DNA from: Mycolicibacterium smegmatis
Lineage (GTDB): Bacteria > Actinomycetota > Actinomycetes > Mycobacteriales > Mycobacteriaceae
Assembly (NCBI RefSeq): GCF_001457595.1
Contig: NZ_LN831039.1
Location: forward strand, 4,740,001-4,772,000
DNA length: 32,000 bases
Direction of reading: 5' to 3'
Shown here: piece by piece, positions 26,561-32,000 of the stretch
Position numbering within the stretch: position 1 is the first letter of the stretch
Layout: each line of letters opens with the position of its first letter
Position numbers and translations under genes: made by a program
The notes under the pieces: model-generated
What the model was told of the DNA's origin: nothing
The model's database searches: none
The model's input: the letters and a program-made list of their open reading frames with translations, nothing else

Positions 26561-27091
26561 ATGAACCAACCACATCCCGGCAACCAGTGGCAGCATGTGC
26601 CTTCCCAAGTTCAATACGGCCAGCCGTATCCGCCTGGCTACTACCCGCCGCCTCCCCCACCACCGAAGAAGCGCAAGACCTGGCTCTGGGTCTTGGTCGC
26701 GCTCGTCGCGGTCGTCGTGATGGTGGCCGGCGGCGTGGTCGCGTACTCCGTGCTCGGTGACGCCACCAACACCTCGGACGAACCCGCAGCGGCCGACTCC
26801 ACCGTCATGCCCGTAACGCTGACGATGGAAGTCACCGGCACGGGATCTTCCGCGTTGGTCGCGTACTCCGACGGACTCGCCCCACCTGGTGACTACGCCG
26901 AGGTGGCGTTGCCCTGGACATACGAGGGCACTGGTGTGCCAGAAACTGCGTTTTACCTCATGGTGAAGCCCACCGCGGCAGGCGACACCGTGACGTGCAA
27001 AGTGACGTTCCAAGGGACGATCCTGGCCGACCAGAGTACGACCGACGATCGCAGGCTGACGTGCAGCGGACTGGTGCCCGGAGCGCGATGA
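26561..27091 (+). CDS. MmpS-like membrane-anchored protein with Pro/Tyr-rich N-terminus
   Basis: 176 aa; QYGQPYPPGYYPPPPPPPKKRKTW then TM helix LWVLVALVAVVVMVAGGVVAY, then beta-rich VTLTMEVTGTGSSALVAYSDG with a C-terminal Cys pair. Confidence 0.75.
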   Translation: MNQPHPGNQWQHVPSQVQYGQPYPPGYYPPPPPPPKKRKTWLWVLVALVAVVVMVAGGVVAYSVLGDATNTSDEPAAADSTVMPVTLTMEVTGTGSSALVAYSDGLAPPGDYAEVALPWTYEGTGVPETAFYLMVKPTAAGDTVTCKVTFQGTILADQSTTDDRRLTCSGLVPGAR

Positions 27092-27591
27092 ACCAGCCAT
27101 ATCCCGGCCAACCCGGCAACCAGTGGCAGCATCTGCCGCCCCAGGCCTATTACGGCCAGCCTTACCCGCAGGGCTATTACCCGCCGCCTCCCCCACCACC
27201 CAAGAAGAACAAGACCGGGCTGTGGGTGCTGCTCGCACTCCTGGCCGTCATCGTCGTGGTGGCCGGCGGCGTGGTCGCCTTCAAGCTCTATGTGAACCGC
27301 GACTGGACCGCGACCTTCGAGGTCACCGGCACCGGCACGACCGCGACGGTCCGTTACTCGGGGGCCGACAGAGAAACCGTCCGGAAAGACGTCGATCTGC
27401 CGTGGACGCAGGACATCACCTTCAGCGGCAAGGTAAAGGCTTTTGTGCTGGAAGTGTTCCCCTTAGCCGAGGACGAGTCGGTGTCATGTTCGGTCACCGT
27501 GAACGGCGAGGTCGTCGTGGAGAAGACGCGTGCGCCGGGCGAGAAAGTTCTATGCCTGGGCGTCAACCCGGACGCGGGTCGATTCGGCTGA
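27088..27591 (+). CDS. MmpS-like membrane-anchored protein, tandem paralogue of the preceding CDS
   Basis: Start ATG 27088 overlaps the preceding TGA (ATGA); MNQPYPGQPGNQWQHLPPQAYYGQPYPQGYYPPPPPPPKKNKTGLWVLLALLAVIVVVAGGVVAFK, then WTATFEVTGTGTTATVRYSGADRETVRKDVDLPW typical of MmpS. Confidence 0.8.
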   Translation: MNQPYPGQPGNQWQHLPPQAYYGQPYPQGYYPPPPPPPKKNKTGLWVLLALLAVIVVVAGGVVAFKLYVNRDWTATFEVTGTGTTATVRYSGADRETVRKDVDLPWTQDITFSGKVKAFVLEVFPLAEDESVSCSVTVNGEVVVEKTRAPGEKVLCLGVNPDAGRFG

Positions 27592-27722
27592 GGACACGAC
27601 ACCGTCGGATGTCGACCCTGTAACGATCCGATTCCGCGTGGATATTCACCCAGCGGACGGCCCTAACATCGGCCGGAATGGCTAGTCCGCACCTTGGACG
27701 CCGAATGCGCCCAGGAGGATCG

Positions 27723-28910
27723 TTGACAGGTCAGCAGCTCGCGATACCGATCTCGGGCACATGCGCGCCCGGATTCGAGAACGTCCGCACGGCATTCGAG
27801 CAGAACTTCGCCGAGCACGGCGAGGTCGGCGCGGCCGTTGCTGTCTGGGTCGAGGGCGACCTCGTCGTCAACCTGTGGGGCGGGCACGCCGACGCGGCGC
27901 GCACCCGCCCGTGGCGTGAGGACACCCTGGCGAGCGTCTACTCGGGCTCGAAGGGCCTGGCGTCGACGTGTATCCATCTGCTCGCCGACCGCGGCGAGAT
28001 CGACCTCGACGCGCCCGTCGCGCAGTACTGGCCCGAGTTCGCGCAGGCCGGCAAGCAGGACATCACGGTCGCGTCCGTGCTTGCGCACCGCTCCGGGACG
28101 ATCGGCCCGCGCGAACCGATGGACTGGCGCGACGTGACCGAATGGGACGCGGTGTGCGCCCGCATCGCCGAAGCCGAGCCGTGGTGGGAACCGGGCACCG
28201 CGCAGGGGTACCAGGTGGTGACGTTCGGGTTCATCCTCGGTGAGCTGGTGCGGCGCGTCACGGGCCGCACGCTGGGCCAGTACCTGCGCACCGAGATCGC
28301 CGAGCCGCTGGGCGCCGACGTCCACATCGGGCTGCCGCCCCACGAGCATCACCGGTGCGCGGAGATGGTGAACAAGCCGACCGTGCGTGGGGTACTCGCC
28401 GATTTCGGGCTGCCCCGGCCGAGATCGCTCGACGACCATCCGATGGCGGGGTTCGCGGTGTCGATGGACTTCGTGCCCGACGACGAACTCGGCGTCCACG
28501 ACATCGGCGCATGGCGCGCGGCGGAATTCCCGAGCACCAACGGGCACGTGTCCGCGCTGGGCATGGCGACGTTCTACAACGCGCTGGCCCAGGAGAAACT
28601 GCTGAGCCGCGAGCTCATGGAGCGGGCCCGGATCTCGCAGGGCGGTTTCGACACCGATCTGGTGCTCGGCCCGCGCGTGGCCGACCACGGCTGGGGCCTG
28701 GGCTACATGCTCAACCAGCGCGGTGTGGCGGGGCCGAACCGGCGCACGTTCGGCCACGGCGGCTCGGGCGGATCGTTCGCGTTCGTCGACCTGGAGTACC
28801 GCATCGGCTACGCGTACGTGATGAATCACTTCGACGCGACGAAGTGCAACGCCGATCCGCGAACGGTCGCGCTGTCCAACCAGGTTTACTCAGCTCTCGG
28901 CGTAATCTGA
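27723..28910 (+). CDS. Beta-lactamase/esterase family serine hydrolase, LipP-like
   Basis: Motif SVYSGSKGLAS (SxxK), YCPE-like YWPEFAQAG, HRSG; TTG 27723 preceded by AGGAGG is the probable start (ORF begins 27678). Position next to tRNA-Gly resembles Rv2463 (lipP) in M. tuberculosis. Confidence 0.88.
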   Translation: MTGQQLAIPISGTCAPGFENVRTAFEQNFAEHGEVGAAVAVWVEGDLVVNLWGGHADAARTRPWREDTLASVYSGSKGLASTCIHLLADRGEIDLDAPVAQYWPEFAQAGKQDITVASVLAHRSGTIGPREPMDWRDVTEWDAVCARIAEAEPWWEPGTAQGYQVVTFGFILGELVRRVTGRTLGQYLRTEIAEPLGADVHIGLPPHEHHRCAEMVNKPTVRGVLADFGLPRPRSLDDHPMAGFAVSMDFVPDDELGVHDIGAWRAAEFPSTNGHVSALGMATFYNALAQEKLLSRELMERARISQGGFDTDLVLGPRVADHGWGLGYMLNQRGVAGPNRRTFGHGGSGGSFAFVDLEYRIGYAYVMNHFDATKCNADPRTVALSNQVYSALGVI

Positions 28911-28960
28911 CGCCTGCTCGCACCCCGAGAATCGCGCTTTCCTGTGGGTAGGCTGGGCGC

Positions 28961-29779
28961 ATGAACGGCGTCCTGCTGCTACTCATCGTCCTTGTCATCG
29001 GAGCGATCGCGTTCGCGGTCTACAGCTCGTCTCAGGCGACGGGGCGGCGCGCCGCGGAGTCACTGGCCGACGCCAAGGCCGACGCACGTCGCGTCATCGA
29101 GCGCCTCGGCGGCCAGGTGCTCAACCTCAGCGGCACCGACGACGCCTCCAAGCAGGCACTCGCCGACGCGTCCGAGCGCTACACGGCGGCGGCATCGCAG
29201 ATCGATCAGGCGACGACGGTGAAACAAGCCGCGCTGGCCAAGGAAAGCGCCATCGAGGGTCTGTACTACGTACGCGCCGCGCGCACCGCGATGGGCATGG
29301 ATCCCGGCCCCGAACTGGAAACGCTCGCGGGTCAGAAGTCCGCCGGTGCGGTCACCGAGGACCGCCGCATCAACTTCGAGGGCCGCGAGATCGAGGCCTC
29401 CCCGGCCCCGTCGCCGCGTACCCCCAACTACTACCCCGGCGGCCGCGTCGCAGGCCGCCCGGTGCCGGCAGGCTGGTACTCCGAGCCGTGGTGGAAGCCC
29501 GCGCTGGTCGCCGGCGCGTGGGGCCTCGGGTCGGTGCTGCTGTTCGACGCCCTGTTCTCCGGCATGCACGGCGTCGACTACGGCGCCCAGGGCTTCGAGG
29601 CCGGTTACGGTGACGGCTACGCCGATGGCCTGGCCGCCGGCCAAGACGGTGGCTTCGATGGCGGGGCCGACGCCGGCGGCGACTGGGGCGGCGACACCGC
29701 GGGCGACTGGGGCGGCATGGACACCGGCGGCGGCTGGGGCGATTTCGGCGGCGACTTCGGCGACTTCGGCGGGTTCTGA
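28961..29779 (+). CDS. DUF1542-like membrane protein with Gly/Asp/Trp/Phe-rich C-terminal tail
   Basis: 272 aa; N-terminal TM LLLLIVLVIGAIAFAVYSSS, coiled segment, second hydrophobic segment PALVAGAWGLGSVLLFDALF, tail GGDWGGDTAGDWGGMDTGGGWGDFGGDFGDFGGF. Confidence 0.7.
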   Translation: MNGVLLLLIVLVIGAIAFAVYSSSQATGRRAAESLADAKADARRVIERLGGQVLNLSGTDDASKQALADASERYTAAASQIDQATTVKQAALAKESAIEGLYYVRAARTAMGMDPGPELETLAGQKSAGAVTEDRRINFEGREIEASPAPSPRTPNYYPGGRVAGRPVPAGWYSEPWWKPALVAGAWGLGSVLLFDALFSGMHGVDYGAQGFEAGYGDGYADGLAAGQDGGFDGGADAGGDWGGDTAGDWGGMDTGGGWGDFGGDFGDFGGF

Positions 29780-29798
29780 CCCGCCTGAAGAGGTCCGC

Positions 29799-31499
29799 TC
29801 AGAGGCGGCTCTCCAGACGGGCCGTGACGCCGGCCTCCTGTAGGTCCAGACGTTCCAGCATGGCCCGCACGGCCTCGTCCTCGATGTGGCCCGCGTCCCG
29901 CTGGTCGATGAGCGCGGCGCGCTGCGCGGCGAGCACTTCCCGGTACAGCGTCGTGAAGGCCGCGGCCCGCTTGATCGGCGCCTCGGGGTCGGGCATCTCG
30001 TCGACGTCCTGGGTGTGCCGGGCGATCCTGATGTAGATCTCTTCCACCAGGGCCGGGTTGAGGTTCGCGGGCGGGTTCGCCTGGAATTCGACCAGGATCT
30101 TCTCGGCAGCGTCGTGTGCGACGCGTTCGGCCTTGACCTCCTCGGCGCGGTCCGCCTCGTGGTCGTCGTTGAAGCGCGAGATGTGCAGCTTGCGGATCAG
30201 CCACGGCAGCGTGGACCCCTGAAGCAGCAGCGTGCCGACGGCGACCACGAACGCGATCGCCTGGATGGTGGCGCGTTCGGGGAACGGTTCACCCGACTCG
30301 GTGTACGCGGGGATCGCGGCGGCGGCCGCCAGCGTCACCACGCCGCGCATGCCGGTCCAGGACAGCACGACGTTCTCCTGCCAGCTCAACGTGCGGCGGT
30401 CGACCATGGTGCGCCAGTTGGCCCTGCGTTTCTTCTTGCGCTGCTTGCGGACGGCCGCGCCGAGCGAACTGCGGCTTCCGTCCGGGGCCGGGACGCTGAG
30501 CTTCTTCTCGACGTGTCTGGACAGCTTGTTGCGGCCGAAGATCGCGAACACCGAAAGCGGCCGGATCACCAGCACGATCAACAGCACCACGGCTGAGGCG
30601 GTGATCACCTCGGTGAGGGACTCGTGCGCCTCGTTGAGATGTTCGAGGACGAACCGCAGGTGCAGGCCGATGTAGGCGAACACGAACGCCTCCAGCAGCA
30701 CGTCCACCGAGTTCCACACGTAGCGTTCCTGCAGGCGGGTCTGGTAGCCCGCACCGAGGTTGCCGTTGCCGACCACGAATCCCGCGACCACGACCGCCAG
30801 CACGCCGGACGCGTGCAGTTCCTCGGCGGTGATGAACGCCGCGAACGGCACCACGAGTCCCTGGACTGTTTCGAGTCCGGGATTGGCCAGGCGCTTGCGG
30901 ATCCACAGCGTGACGTAGCCGAGCACCGCGCCGACGAGCGGGCCGACAGTGGCGCTGTAGCCGAACAGCAGGAGCGGGTTCTCGATGAAGATGTGGCCAC
31001 CGGCGACCTGGGTGACCGCGATGGAGAACAGCGTCAGCGCGGCCGCGTCGTTGATGAGGCTCTCACCGGTCAGGATCGCCATCATGCGTTTCGGCAGACC
31101 GAGCTTGCGGCCCACCGCCACGGCTGTGACGGCGTCCGGAGGCGCCACGATCGCGCCGAGCACCAACGCGGTCCCGAACGTCAACGGCACGATCACCAGC
31201 CAGCTCGACACCGCCGCGACCGCGAACGCCGATACCACGACCAATCCCACGCCCAGGCCGAGGATCGGGCGGATGTGTCGCAAAAACGTCGGGAACGAGA
31301 AGTTCAGTGCCGCGGAGTACAGCAGCGGCGGCAGGACGACGGACAGCAGGATGTGCGAATCGAGTTCGGGAGGTTCGAAATCGGGGAGGAAAGATACCGC
31401 GCTGCCGACCACCACGATCATCAGTGCGGGTTCGAATCCGCGGTGGTGAGCGATGGCTGTGACCAGGATGGCGCCGACGACGACAAGTAACAACTCCAC
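29799..31499 (-). CDS. Na+/H+ antiporter (CPA1 family)
   Basis: Likely start GTG 31499 (VELLLVVVGAILV); ALVLGAIVAPPDAVTAVAVGRKLGLPKRMMAILTGESLINDAAALTLF, VVAGFVVGNGN, SWTGMRGVVTLAAA; ORF-track start 31727 overlaps the neighbouring gene. Confidence 0.92.
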   Translation of the reverse strand: MELLLVVVGAILVTAIAHHRGFEPALMIVVVGSAVSFLPDFEPPELDSHILLSVVLPPLLYSAALNFSFPTFLRHIRPILGLGVGLVVVSAFAVAAVSSWLVIVPLTFGTALVLGAIVAPPDAVTAVAVGRKLGLPKRMMAILTGESLINDAAALTLFSIAVTQVAGGHIFIENPLLLFGYSATVGPLVGAVLGYVTLWIRKRLANPGLETVQGLVVPFAAFITAEELHASGVLAVVVAGFVVGNGNLGAGYQTRLQERYVWNSVDVLLEAFVFAYIGLHLRFVLEHLNEAHESLTEVITASAVVLLIVLVIRPLSVFAIFGRNKLSRHVEKKLSVPAPDGSRSSLGAAVRKQRKKKRRANWRTMVDRRTLSWQENVVLSWTGMRGVVTLAAAAAIPAYTESGEPFPERATIQAIAFVVAVGTLLLQGSTLPWLIRKLHISRFNDDHEADRAEEVKAERVAHDAAEKILVEFQANPPANLNPALVEEIYIRIARHTQDVDEMPDPEAPIKRAAAFTTLYREVLAAQRAALIDQRDAGHIEDEAVRAMLERLDLQEAGVTARLESRL

Positions 31500-31536
31500 C
31501 CGCAAATTGTGCCGTGCGAACGACCGTCTCGCCCAA

Positions 31537-32000
31537 TCAGGACTGACAGGTGGGGCACCAGAACAGGTTTCGCCCTCCGAGTTCCGCGGTTCGTACGGGT
31601 GTACCACATATGCGGCACGGCTCGCCCGCCCTGCGGTAGACGTAGGTGCGTGGCCGCCCGGTCCGGTAGGACGGGGCGCCGTGGTCGTGTTCGGGCCGGA
31701 CGACGACGATCTTGCCGCGTCGCACACCGACCTTCATGAGCGCGACGAGATCGGTCCACATCGCGTCGAATTCGGCCGCGTCGAGTTGCGTGCCCGGCAG
31801 GTAGGGGTCGATGCCGTGGCGGAACAGCAGTTCGCTGCGGTACACGTTGCCGACCCCGGCCATGACCGTCTGGTCCATCAGCAGCGCGCCGATCGGTCTG
31901 CGTGACTTGGTGATCCGCTTCCAGGCCAGGGACGCGTCGGCGTCGGGGCGCAGCGGGTCCGGGCCGAGTTTGGCGATGACGTCGACGATCTCGGGTTCGG
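31537..32000 (-). CDS. nei2: Fpg/Nei family DNA glycosylase (Nei2-like), N-terminus beyond window end
   Basis: Open in frame to the window edge: EPEIVDVIAKLGPDPLRPDADASLAWKRITKSRRPIGALLMDQTVMAGVGNVYRSELLFRHGIDP; C-terminal zinc finger CRICGTPVRTAELGGRNLFWCPTC. Confidence 0.92.
   Translation of the reverse strand, partial: EPEIVDVIAKLGPDPLRPDADASLAWKRITKSRRPIGALLMDQTVMAGVGNVYRSELLFRHGIDPYLPGTQLDAAEFDAMWTDLVALMKVGVRRGKIVVVRPEHDHGAPSYRTGRPRTYVYRRAGEPCRICGTPVRTAELGGRNLFWCPTCQS

Noticed and set aside
29560-29779. CRISPR-like or minisatellite array from GGCGGCGACTGGGGC-type repeats
   Set aside because: Short degenerate codon-level repeats inside an intact reading frame encoding a Gly/Asp/Trp tail; no regular spacer structure.
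26309-31536. Prophage, integrative element or defence island downstream of the tRNA-Gly
   Set aside because: No integrase, attR-like duplicate of the tRNA 3' end, transposase, nuclease or toxin-antitoxin gene visible in the window.

Overview
High-GC actinobacterial chromosome, consistent with a fast-growing Mycobacterium/Mycolicibacterium (M. smegmatis-like). Left half (1-~15.8 kb) is an inositol/cyclitol catabolism region: iolC, a DeoC/Cgl0159-type aldolase, iolB, iolD, iolE, iolG and a TIM-barrel isomerase. It also carries a ribose-type ABC importer, a GntR/HutC regulator, an AraC regulator, an aldo/keto reductase and a second partial IolE-like/Gfo-Idh-MocA/TIM-barrel set. The middle holds a LysR regulator divergent from an FdhF/YdeP-type molybdopterin oxidoreductase plus fdhD, then an MGT-type glycosyltransferase. 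The right half is the core clpX / clpP2-clpP1 / tig / tRNA-Pro / tRNA-Gly locus, followed by two tandem MmpS-like membrane proteins, a LipP-like serine hydrolase, a DUF1542-like protein, a Na+/H+ antiporter and a Nei2-type DNA glycosylase running off the edge. I see no CRISPR array, transposase, phage genes or obvious defence system, and nothing I can defend as a wholly new system. The most useful non-annotated signals are: a 22-bp operator-like sequence (20/22 identical) in front of both the importer and the iolC operon; overlapping T-N11-A palindromes between lysR and fdhF; a ClgR-like box before clpP1; two long imperfect intergenic hairpins; the mycobacteriophage L5-type attB core in tRNA-Gly; a repeated gene triad; and the tandem MmpS-like pair.
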